Origin: Gemmata obscuriglobus
GTDB taxonomy: Bacteria > Planctomycetota > Planctomycetia > Gemmatales > Gemmataceae
Direction: 5' to 3'
NCBI RefSeq assembly: GCF_008065095.1
Contig: NZ_CP042911.1
Span: 6,060,001 to 6,092,000 of the forward strand
Length of the DNA: 32,000 nt
The notes below the pieces were generated by a model. It saw nothing but the letters and a program-made list of their open reading frames with translations. It was not told the origin of the DNA and did no database searches. This document shows positions 18,401-25,464 of this stretch, one piece after another. A program made the translations under genes and the position numbers. Within the stretch, counting starts at the first letter, position 1, and every line of letters begins with the position of its first letter.

Positions 18401-19003
18401 CGCGCGGATCAGCACGAGCTGCTTGTCCGCGACGCGCAACTGCGGCGCGAGTGGGAGCGTGTGCCCCACCTCCACCCACACGCGGGGGGCGCGTTCGAGG
18501 TACGCGCGGACACTTTTGGTCCCGTCGGCGCGCCCCCTGTCGAGCGCGCGGAGCAGCGTGTAATATGGCGGGCCGATGACCCGCAGCAGCACCCGCTTGC
18601 CGTCCGTTTCACCCGTTGTGAACCAGCGGAACCCCTGCCGGTCGTTGCCCAGCCGCAGCATCTCGGTGACGAGCGCGGGCAGGTCCTCGGCGTTCTCCAG
18701 CTCGAACAGCACCGGCTGCTGGTTGGAGATGGTGGGCGCGATCGGGTCGCGGGTGACCGGCAGCAGTTGCGGCCAGCAGGTCACCTCTTGCGGGTCGTCG
18801 GAGGCGTGCCGCTTCGAGCCCTTGACGCCGATCCGGTCCAGGTTCTTGGTGACCGTGCGGGTGAGGTTGGCGGTCGGCTCGACGTAGATCTTGCCCTGGT
18901 CGTCGAAGCTGACCGCGGCCGGCGCGAGCGTCACCTCGGCCGGGACGATACCGGTGGTCAGCGCGAGCCGGACCGTGTCGAGGTCGGGGAAGAGCAGGAT
19001 CAT
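15473..19003 (-). CDS. Large uncharacterised protein, paralog A (1176 aa)
   Basis: Intact 3.5-kb ORF starting at ATG 19003. It has an N-terminal module shared with paralog B, a Lys/Asp/Pro/Ala low-complexity linker (~17590-17745), and a long helical-repeat-looking C-terminal half. I recognise no catalytic motif. Confidence 0.85.
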   Translation of the reverse strand: MILLFPDLDTVRLALTTGIVPAEVTLAPAAVSFDDQGKIYVEPTANLTRTVTKNLDRIGVKGSKRHASDDPQEVTCWPQLLPVTRDPIAPTISNQQPVLFELENAEDLPALVTEMLRLGNDRQGFRWFTTGETDGKRVLLRVIGPPYYTLLRALDRGRADGTKSVRAYLERAPRVWVEVGHTLPLAPQLRVADKQLVLIRAPREWVYLDEAPFQDVYDNLQFKLPAAPVGWSETKAPKKMQVPLRLAPGTASETAELWVLRENAIEQLDTLVRDSDDRLLQRLMFAVATDASGGRTVVLRVRPSKLTPPVLALDNALAFKPYWKLPNLFLPVGKRLHPTLRRDAVRKLLADDADQVVWLYPDEPGTDAPGSKGGFTPEFVPDAAFRSLEDWVDYVIEAEQKALSAWIEATRFDFDAFQCREIDRPKNKPDKGDKDPKEKDDDVKGSKAAAPAAKGPAKSKAAPGKPGATAEFLPPVEEVRKPNEWEVRAKELEQEFLALEGPLDAPERVGMWPELAAAYTGSGKHQMDAAICWLDALWDSDPLPPEWLGRWVRSEVPAAGATITAPEFDKLLNHTGSGLEDSRRVVAAFLWLAAQNPVPPWLMARLPALQNYLETNDGSLPVRAVWLAGFRLAQLAGADVLGLARVRDRLLKRLLEQGLQAERDLPYFLRVAGVKDSERMRVVRDKAMELHGTIRKWLDDSAAAQKNEHLKANHPLVDLLFAFAVGKLGEASQAKKLLEDARKVLEKPVPSSWQDLKLFEQVVSAVSSNFVYKAFKYRIEQVLAGKPPTGQLSAEIMQELEDLSSKARSGGTNNPFLRGEYVIGRLREQSRILSPQERLDPYSYWTKNQDPLKKELADLHTIKDPNKLADRIRKLYKEGVSGKTQKEVQFHVLHEGLPLASLHVNETFTVELLNLVPAALQGAGGANEAADLPKKQGELLERAMFHAGHFNRDDLVKKLVDDFTALVHAKPPEMKFKLINVVANECMRNLRRLGLSNEIDRFLTKLHSEILGGATPTELKKKYQAKPEMWAAVLQTQLNLAGGWLHFGRQDRANPILELAREELLGATAVSLQPKDYTELARAYVTALGQGPAEVAVVRMIELFKKMSPAKITNTWTTAQYYSRFHLNLVEDVIRSVVNDDAALGPSGRRWLDDDEYLVRRRIHADMKKNLEKNNL

Positions 19004-19133
19004 GTGTGCCGGGTGTTCGGGGCTGTAATCATCGGGGCGAAAAACCCGAAGCGGTGGCCCCGGGCTGAAGAGTCGCGGTCACACGACGGACGGCGCCGGC
19101 CGCTCGACTCGGGGGCGGGCGCGGTTCGCGCCG

Positions 19134-19391
19134 CTACCCCTTGTTGGTCTGCTTCTGGCGCTCGGGCTCGTTGGGCTGTTGGACCGGCCCAGTGGGGTGC
19201 TGCTCCGACTCGCGCTCGACGATGATCTGGTCGTCGTCCTTGAGCTTGCGGCCGAGCACCTTCTCGGCAAGGGCTTTGTGCATCTGCTCGTGTTCGATGG
19301 GCAGCGCGTCCGGGTCGGAGTCGAGCTTGATGATGATGTTCTGCTTGCCGGTGTTCGGGTCCCGGCGGAGCATAATGATCATTTCGGCCAT
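19134..19391 (-). CDS. Small charged protein (85 aa) between FtsH-like gene and giant paralog A
   Basis: Start chosen at ATG 19391 (MAEMIIMLRRDPNTGKQNIIIKLDSDPDALPIEHEQMHKALAEKVL...). The track ORF extends to 19499 through an AT-rich leader. It is co-directional with its neighbours and sits in a conserved-looking position within the array. Confidence 0.6.
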   Translation of the reverse strand: MAEMIIMLRRDPNTGKQNIIIKLDSDPDALPIEHEQMHKALAEKVLGRKLKDDDQIIVERESEQHPTGPVQQPNEPERQKQTNKG

Positions 19392-19515
19392 TCTAAAACC
19401 TGCGATTTGTGTTTTGTATTTGGTATTGAGTGTTCGGCGTTTAATGTGGAGTGTTCTGGTAGCGGCCGGTACAGCGTCACGCGCCGAGGGGCCGAACACC
19501 AGATCCGCACTACCA

Positions 19516-21762
19516 CTACTCGCCGTCCTTCTTCTTCGCGGGCTTCTTCTCGGCTGCGGTGCCGTTCCCGTTCGCGCTTTCGGTGGCGGTGGCGGTGCCC
19601 GCGCCGCCGGCGAGCTTCACCTCCGGCCCCGGCGCGCCCACGTCCTTCGGGTACTTCGTGCGCAGCTCCTCAATAATCGCCTTCGTGCGGTCGCCCTCGA
19701 TCGTCTTCTTCTCCGTCAGCTCGTCGCGGAGCTTGATGAGGTCGGCCTTGTGCTTCGTGAGGATCGCGGCGGCCTTCGCCTGGGCCTCCACGATGATCGT
19801 GTTGACCTGCCGGTCGATCGCCTCGGCCATCGACCCGGACAGCACCGCCCGGTCGCCCTTCTCGTCGCGGAACGAGCGGAGCGGGGCCGCGAGGTTCGAC
19901 ATCCCGCAGACCTGCACCATGTACTCGGCGATGAGCGACGCCCGCGACAGGTCCGACCCCGGCGCGCCCATCCCGCTGGCCCCGGTGGAGACGTCGCCGA
20001 TCAGCAGCCGCTCGGCCTCGATCCCGCCGTAGAGCACCGCGAGCTGGTCGAGCATCTCGTTGCGGCTCATGCCGATACGGTTCTTCTCCTGCTTGAACTG
20101 GGTGAAGAACGGCGCCCACGGCATGTCGCTCTGGATCGTCACCTTCTCCGGCGGCTGGTGGTGCGGGCAGAAGATGGACACGAGGAAGTGGCCCGCCTCG
20201 TGCGTCGCCACGACCGGCAGGTCCTTCTCGTGAACCTCCACCTTCTCGTCGAACTCGGTGATCGCCTTCTCGATCAGCTTCGGCGTCGTCTCGCCCGTGA
20301 TCCCCTCGCGGAGCCGCAAGCGGGCGACGGAGCGGCACAGCGCGTTCAGGTGGTCGCCGCTGAACGCCGTGCCGGTGGGGGTCATGTACCGGTTGCCGGT
20401 CCGGGTGATCGCGTACTCGAGCGCCTCGTCGTTGAAGTTGAGGCGCATCTTCTTGTTGTAGATCTCGAAGATCGCCCGGCGGTCGTCGTCGTCCGGGTAC
20501 GGGATGTGGATGTGGAACTCGAACCGGCCCGGGCGCAAGAGGGCGGGGTCGAGCGACTCCACGAAGTTGGTCGTGCCGACCACGAAGACGAGTTCGTCCT
20601 TGTGGAACCCGTCCATCTCGGTGAGCAACTGGTTCACCATCGAGTGCTCGACGCCGCTGCCGGTGTACGTGCCGCGGGCCGTGGCGAACGAGTCGATTTC
20701 GTCGAACACGATGATCGACGGCGCGCTCTGGCGCGCCCGGTGGAAGATCTGCCGCAGGTTCTCTTCCGACTCGCCGACCCACTTCGATTTCAGCTCGGGG
20801 CCGCTGACGATGGTGATGGCGGCCCCGATGCTGGCGGCGATCGCCTTGGCGAAGTAGGTCTTGCCGGTACCGGGCGGCCCCCAGAAGATCATCCCGCGCG
20901 GGATCAGCTCTTCGAGCCGCGCGATCTCCTCGGCGTCGGTCGCGCGGTCGCGCTTCGACAGCGTGTCGAGGATCTCGCTCTTGAGCTTCGCCTTGACCTT
21001 CTTGTACCCGCCGATGTCCTTGTCCAGGTCGACGGACGGGATCTCCATGTTCCCGCTGAGCGTGGACTGCCGCACCTGCGCGTAGGCCCGCTTCGGGTCG
21101 GCCGGGTAGTCCTCGCCTTCGAGGGTGGAGAGCAGGCGCCGGAGGCGCACGGCGTTCACCCCGGACACGTACTTGTAGAGCTGCCAGGGCGAGAAGTCCT
21201 TGCCGAACTTCCGGCTCTCCTTCTGCGTGATGAGGTGCCGCAGCCGGTTCCGCGCGATGCCCAGGATGCTGAGCCAGTGCGGGAACAGGTTCTCGATCAC
21301 CTTGGGCAGCGAGAACGACGGGTCCTTGAACCCGAGCCACACCAGTTCGGGGTTCTCGTACAGCAGCGGGATCACCTCCCGCGCCTCGCTGGTGAGCCCG
21401 CCCTGGCTGGTGGTGAGGAGGTCGAGGTGCGGGAGCACGACGACGCGCCGCTCGGTGGCGCCGCGGACGGCGTCGCGGAGCTGCCCGATCATGGTGCCGA
21501 TGAGGCCCATCGGCATCGCGCCCTGTTGCGGGTCGCGCTGCCGGCCGTCCAAGTAGATGCACTGGAGCTTGGCCTGCCGCAGCCGGTCGCGCACGTTCAT
21601 GAACAGGTACGGCGCGAGTTCCTTGTCGCACTCGATGAGCGTGGGCAGCCCGCGGACGAGTTTGCTGGCCACCTCGGCCATTTCCTGGCTGTACGCCGCC
21701 TCCACCGCCTGCGGCGGCGAGAGGTCGGCGGGCAGGTCCTTTTCCGTGACGGTGATGCTCAT
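19516..21762 (-). CDS. FtsH-like AAA+ ATPase / M41 zinc metalloprotease lacking transmembrane segments (748 aa)
   Basis: Start at ATG 21762 (MSITVTEKDL). Walker A GPPGTGKT, Walker B IIVFDEID, second region of homology TNFVESLDPALLRPGRF, zinc site HEAGH, and the downstream LYGGIEAERLL that matches FtsH GGRAAEE are all present. The ~330-aa N-terminal region has no hydrophobic stretch. The C-terminal tail is low-complexity and Lys-rich. Confidence 0.9.
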   Translation of the reverse strand: MSITVTEKDLPADLSPPQAVEAAYSQEMAEVASKLVRGLPTLIECDKELAPYLFMNVRDRLRQAKLQCIYLDGRQRDPQQGAMPMGLIGTMIGQLRDAVRGATERRVVVLPHLDLLTTSQGGLTSEAREVIPLLYENPELVWLGFKDPSFSLPKVIENLFPHWLSILGIARNRLRHLITQKESRKFGKDFSPWQLYKYVSGVNAVRLRRLLSTLEGEDYPADPKRAYAQVRQSTLSGNMEIPSVDLDKDIGGYKKVKAKLKSEILDTLSKRDRATDAEEIARLEELIPRGMIFWGPPGTGKTYFAKAIAASIGAAITIVSGPELKSKWVGESEENLRQIFHRARQSAPSIIVFDEIDSFATARGTYTGSGVEHSMVNQLLTEMDGFHKDELVFVVGTTNFVESLDPALLRPGRFEFHIHIPYPDDDDRRAIFEIYNKKMRLNFNDEALEYAITRTGNRYMTPTGTAFSGDHLNALCRSVARLRLREGITGETTPKLIEKAITEFDEKVEVHEKDLPVVATHEAGHFLVSIFCPHHQPPEKVTIQSDMPWAPFFTQFKQEKNRIGMSRNEMLDQLAVLYGGIEAERLLIGDVSTGASGMGAPGSDLSRASLIAEYMVQVCGMSNLAAPLRSFRDEKGDRAVLSGSMAEAIDRQVNTIIVEAQAKAAAILTKHKADLIKLRDELTEKKTIEGDRTKAIIEELRTKYPKDVGAPGPEVKLAGGAGTATATESANGNGTAAEKKPAKKKDGE

Positions 21763-21824
21763 AGTGGTGGTTGGTTTTCGGTGTTGAGTGTTTAGCCCGT
21801 TCGTTGCGCCTTCAGCGTTCAGTG

Positions 21825-21853
21825 AAAAACAGGCCGGGGCGTCGCCCGGCCGG
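21825..21853 (-). terminator. Rho-independent terminator candidate after the 190-aa gene
   Basis: On the minus strand the stem GGCCGGG-CGACGC-CCCGGCC (plus coordinates 21832-21851) is followed by TGTTTTT (plus-strand A5 at 21825-21829). It lies ~35 nt after the stop at 21886. Confidence 0.6.
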
Positions 21854-21885
21854 CTGACCAAACACCAAAAACCGAATTCGGAGCA

Positions 21886-22458
21886 CTAAACCTCGACCTT
21901 GATCGTCAGCGAGCCGCTCTCGGCGTCCTCACTTATTTCCTTAACGGTGCCCATCTGCTGGGCCTTCTGCTTGAGCGCGTCGCGGGTCACCTGGTTCACG
22001 ACCTCGGAGATTTCTGGCTGCAGGTCCTGCAAGTGCTTTTCGAGCGCCTGGGTCGCCTTGTCTTGCAGTTTGGACTGCTCCTGGTCGAACTTCTTATCCA
22101 GGTCTTGTTTGAGCTGCTCTTTCACCTTCTCGCGCAGGCTCTTCTCGTTCGGGCCGACGTCGTTGAACCCGGTGGCCTCGCGCTTCACTTCCTGGTTAAC
22201 GGTCTGCTGGGTCTCGGCCTTGACGGAGACCTCGCCGCGGCACGGGTCGACTTTGACGGTCAGCTCGCCGTCCTTGCGGCACAGGGTGCCGTCGTCCTGC
22301 TCCTCGAAGCCCCGCTTCTTGAGTTCCTCGCGGAGCAGCGTGGCCATGTCCTCGGGCGGCAGGATTTCGAGGATCTCGAGCTCCGTGCAGATCTCGTCCC
22401 CGGCCTTGAGGTTGCGGGTCTCGGACTCCTTCACGGTGATGCGGTATGCGCGGCTCAT
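21886..22458 (-). CDS. Hypothetical protein (190 aa), charged/coiled-coil C-terminal half
   Basis: Clean ORF with an ATG start, co-directional with the array. It has Lys/Glu/Gln-rich heptad-like stretches (KEQLKQDLDKKFDQEQSKLQDKATQALEKHLQDLQ). No family recognised. Confidence 0.7.
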   Translation of the reverse strand: MSRAYRITVKESETRNLKAGDEICTELEILEILPPEDMATLLREELKKRGFEEQDDGTLCRKDGELTVKVDPCRGEVSVKAETQQTVNQEVKREATGFNDVGPNEKSLREKVKEQLKQDLDKKFDQEQSKLQDKATQALEKHLQDLQPEISEVVNQVTRDALKQKAQQMGTVKEISEDAESGSLTIKVEV

Positions 22459-22524
22459 GTTCGCGTGGCTCCGGGGTACGGGTCAGGACTCAGAGTAACA
22501 GACGCCGGGGGCGCACAACAGGGA

Positions 22525-23703
22525 TCACCCGGGACTGCCCTCGGGGTTTCCGCCCGCCGGGGGCGCGCCGTCCGCGGGGGCCGCTCCGGGCACCGGGCCG
22601 CGGAGCGGCTCGAGCATCTCCACCGCCGCCCGGGCGCGCGCCGCGACGCGGTCGCCGCTCGCCGCCTCCCAGTCGGCCTTCCACATCTGACTGGCCTGGT
22701 AGTCGTCGTCGAAGTACCCGACGTACCGGGCGCGCTCCTGCCAGGTCTCCAGGATCTCCATCTGCCGCGGCACCGCGAGGGCGGCCCGCTGGGTCTCCAG
22801 GCGGTCGGCGAGGCGTTGCGGGCCGCTGCCCTGGAGCCCGCCCGTCCAGAACACCGGCGTCAGGTCGGACTGCAGCACCTGTGCGTTGGTGCGCAGCACG
22901 AACCGGGCGAGGTCCGTGCGCCGCGCGGCCTCGGCAACCTGGAGGAAGCCGCGCAGGGTGGCGAACTCGGCGTTGCCCTGCACCCGCATCTTCTTCCAGT
23001 CCGTGAGCTGGCCCTTGTCGCGCTCGGTCTTCACCCAGCGGTTCGTCAGCTCCCGCTGGAGGCACTCCAGCAGCACCGCGCGCTGCCCCTGGCACACCGG
23101 CGTGAAGTCCGGGACCGCCGGCTTGGCCGCGTCGGGGTCGGCGGCGTCCTGGGGGGCGAGCAGCCAGCAGAACGGGTTCCGCGCCACCACGTCCTTGCGG
23201 CGCATCACCGCGAGCACGTCGGGGTCCGTGCGCATCGCGTCGAAGCTCAGCGCGAAGAACAGTTCGTCCGCCGGGGTGAGCGCCTTCGGGGCCGTGTCCC
23301 ACGCCACCTTCGACTCGTGGACCTTCTCGGCCGTGAGCCAGAACAGGAAGTCGAGCACCGGGCGCGAGAACTCGAGCGCCCGCTCGTCGAGCGGGATGCG
23401 GTCCCAGACGCGCCCGCCGACGGGCTGCCCGTCGCGCAGGTACTTGTCGTTGCGCCACCCGCCGGCGCGGGTCAGGAACAGCACGAACGCCTTCTTCAGC
23501 GTGTCCTTCACCAGTTCGACCGCCCCGGCGCTGATGCACTCGGGCTTGGTGGTCGCGGTGCGGACCAGCTGCAGCCCCTGGTCCGCCGGGAAGTGTCGGA
23601 CGAGGAACCGCAGGATGCGGAGCAGGTTGAACTCGAACTTGGTGACCTGCCGCGGTCCTTCCGGTTCGGGCGGCTGCGTTGGCGGGGCGGCGGTGCGCGT
23701 CAT
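22525..23703 (-). CDS. Hypothetical protein (392 aa)
   Basis: Start at ATG 23703-23701 overlaps the TGA (23702-23700) of the upstream radical SAM gene, giving an ATGA junction. The track ORF extends further, to 23871. No motif recognised. Confidence 0.7.
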   Translation of the reverse strand: MTRTAAPPTQPPEPEGPRQVTKFEFNLLRILRFLVRHFPADQGLQLVRTATTKPECISAGAVELVKDTLKKAFVLFLTRAGGWRNDKYLRDGQPVGGRVWDRIPLDERALEFSRPVLDFLFWLTAEKVHESKVAWDTAPKALTPADELFFALSFDAMRTDPDVLAVMRRKDVVARNPFCWLLAPQDAADPDAAKPAVPDFTPVCQGQRAVLLECLQRELTNRWVKTERDKGQLTDWKKMRVQGNAEFATLRGFLQVAEAARRTDLARFVLRTNAQVLQSDLTPVFWTGGLQGSGPQRLADRLETQRAALAVPRQMEILETWQERARYVGYFDDDYQASQMWKADWEAASGDRVAARARAAVEMLEPLRGPVPGAAPADGAPPAGGNPEGSPG

Positions 23704-24383
23704 TTCGTGTCGGTCCCTTGCGCGTTCGCACTCGTCTCGGGCTGGGCCACCGGGAGCGGCTTTTTGCGCCTCCAGCCCTTCCACAAGCCTACAGCATTGG
23801 CCGCTGGAAAGCCATTCACCGTGATCTCGCGCCCGACGACGCGGATCTCCAGCGTGTTCCTCTTCCGCCACTGCTCGTCGTGGGAGTAGCGAGCGGTCAG
23901 GAAGTGGATGCGCTGGTTGGTGGACCCGATCCAGCGGCGCTCGGTGTCCGGCTGCTCGCGGACGTACGGCCCGTCCACCAGGATGTCCGTCAGCGCGATC
24001 AGTTCCAGCACCGCCGGGTCGGCCTTCGCCCGGAGTTCCTCGACCGTGAACCCAGTGAAGGTCATCACGGTGAGGCCGAGGTCACGGGCGGCCCGGGCCA
24101 GCGCCGCCGCGGCCGGCGCGTGTGCCGTGGGCTCGCCGCCCATGAGCGTGATCCCCTCCACCCCCTCTTCGTCCCGGGCGCGGCGTAACTCCGCAACCAC
24201 TTCGCCGAACGTGCGGGTCGCGCCGCCTTTGAAGGGCAGGTATTCGGGATTGCAGCAGCCGGGGCACCGGAGCGGGCAACCCTGGAACCACAGCGCGAAC
24301 CGCTTCCCGGGGCCTTCGGCCTCGGTGCTGGGCACGATCTGCGCGATCTGCATGGTCAGTTCGGTGGCCGTCGGAGCGTCCAT
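23700..24383 (-). CDS. Radical SAM protein, NrdG/PflA-type activating-enzyme-like
   Basis: EGPGKRFALWFQGCPLRCPGCCNPEYL carries the CX3CX2C cluster in the NrdG-like context, and ITLMGGEPT is present. Start chosen at ATG 24383 (alternative 24353). The track start at 24470 would overlap rtcA. Confidence 0.8.
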   Translation of the reverse strand: MDAPTATELTMQIAQIVPSTEAEGPGKRFALWFQGCPLRCPGCCNPEYLPFKGGATRTFGEVVAELRRARDEEGVEGITLMGGEPTAHAPAAAALARAARDLGLTVMTFTGFTVEELRAKADPAVLELIALTDILVDGPYVREQPDTERRWIGSTNQRIHFLTARYSHDEQWRKRNTLEIRVVGREITVNGFPAANAVGLWKGWRRKKPLPVAQPETSANAQGTDTK

Positions 24384-24417
24384 CGCGTGCCCGTAAGTTC
24401 CTGATGGGTGCCCCGCA

Positions 24418-25464
24418 TTATACCCGCGCGGCGATGCGGACGATCCCCGATTTGGCGTCACCGTGCTCAATTGTGATGGTACGATCCACGAACTTCCGCA
24501 CGGTTTCCACGTTGGTTGTGAGGTGCCGGGTCACTTCGGACGTGCGGTACTCGCTGGCGTCGCCGCTGAGCGCCAGCGGGAGGAGCAGTTGGTCGGCCGA
24601 GTGCGGGTCGACCGGGCACTTCGCGTCGCGGAACGCGATGGCCTCGTCCGCGGCATCGTCGGCGACGCTTTCCGCCGGCTTGCCGCGCTCCCCCAGTCCG
24701 AAGAACAGCGGCGGAACCGGTGCCTGCCGGAAGATGACCGCCGCGACGCTGCCGGGCGAGGCCGCTTCCCACTGCTCAACGGGAAGGTGCGACTCCACCC
24801 CCTCCGATTTGAGCCTCACACTTAACCGCCGCGCCTGTTTCTTACCGACCGATTCGGGAAGATCGGCGTACGCGCTGAACCCGCCGGCCGTGGTCAGTTC
24901 CGGACACGTCAGCAGCGACAGCCCGTTGACGCGCGAGCACGGGTGAATGACGGCGCGAATTTCGCCCCCGCCGCGCGGGTAGAAGCCGGGGCGCACCAGC
25001 TCCAACTCGACCTTGATGCCCAGCCGCGCGAGGTACGCGGCCCAGGTGGTTTCGAGGAAGTGGTAGCACGGGGCGTGCGCGTTGTGCGTGCCGCCGGTGA
25101 CGGTGACCTCGGACGGCTTATCGCCCCGCAGCGCGAGCGGCAGGTAAACCGTGTGCAGCACGAGGGCCGTGGCGCCGGCGGTGCCGATGGTGAAGGTGTA
25201 ACGGCCGGCCTTTACGGCTCCGGGTTCGAAGTACAGTACCGACGAGCCGTTCGCCGCGCCCTTATACTGCGCGCCCGAAACGGCGCCCGCGGCCTTCACG
25301 CACATAACGTGTTGCGGCTGGAGCCCCGGCTTGCTCCGGTTCGCGCGGATGTTGGTCAGCTTGAACGGCCGCCCCGTGAGTACGGACAGCGCCAGCGACG
25401 AGCGGAGGATTTGCCCCCCGCCTTCGCCCTCCGAGCCGTCGATTTCGATCATGCCATCGCTCAT
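24418..25464 (-). CDS. rtcA: RNA 3'-terminal phosphate cyclase
   Basis: MSDGMIEIDGSEGEGGGQILRSSLALSVLTGRPFKLTNIRANRSKPGLQPQH... and the catalytic-His region VDPHSADQLLLPLALSG are present. At 348 aa the length matches RtcA. The 576-aa track ORF is an artefactual N-terminal extension. Confidence 0.9.
   Translation of the reverse strand: MSDGMIEIDGSEGEGGGQILRSSLALSVLTGRPFKLTNIRANRSKPGLQPQHVMCVKAAGAVSGAQYKGAANGSSVLYFEPGAVKAGRYTFTIGTAGATALVLHTVYLPLALRGDKPSEVTVTGGTHNAHAPCYHFLETTWAAYLARLGIKVELELVRPGFYPRGGGEIRAVIHPCSRVNGLSLLTCPELTTAGGFSAYADLPESVGKKQARRLSVRLKSEGVESHLPVEQWEAASPGSVAAVIFRQAPVPPLFFGLGERGKPAESVADDAADEAIAFRDAKCPVDPHSADQLLLPLALSGDASEYRTSEVTRHLTTNVETVRKFVDRTITIEHGDAKSGIVRIAARV

Noticed and set aside
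17282-19225. Very long ORFs antisense or off-frame to the genes called here. Examples: 17282-19225(+), 19141-21795(+), 22033-23889(+), 2170-3429(-), 323-1465(+), 7013-7906(+), 10035-11192(-), 19670-21631(-).
   Set aside because: Their translations are Arg/Pro/Gly/Ala-dominated low-complexity strings with no motifs. Each overlaps a strand/frame that carries clear family signatures. This is the usual stop-codon depletion artefact of high-GC DNA.
19430-19499. 9-bp inverted repeat GTGTTCGGC / GCCGAACAC in the FtsH-peptide intergenic region.
   Set aside because: The 52-nt loop and short arms put it within chance expectation. Only the A/C-rich leader motif was kept as a finding.
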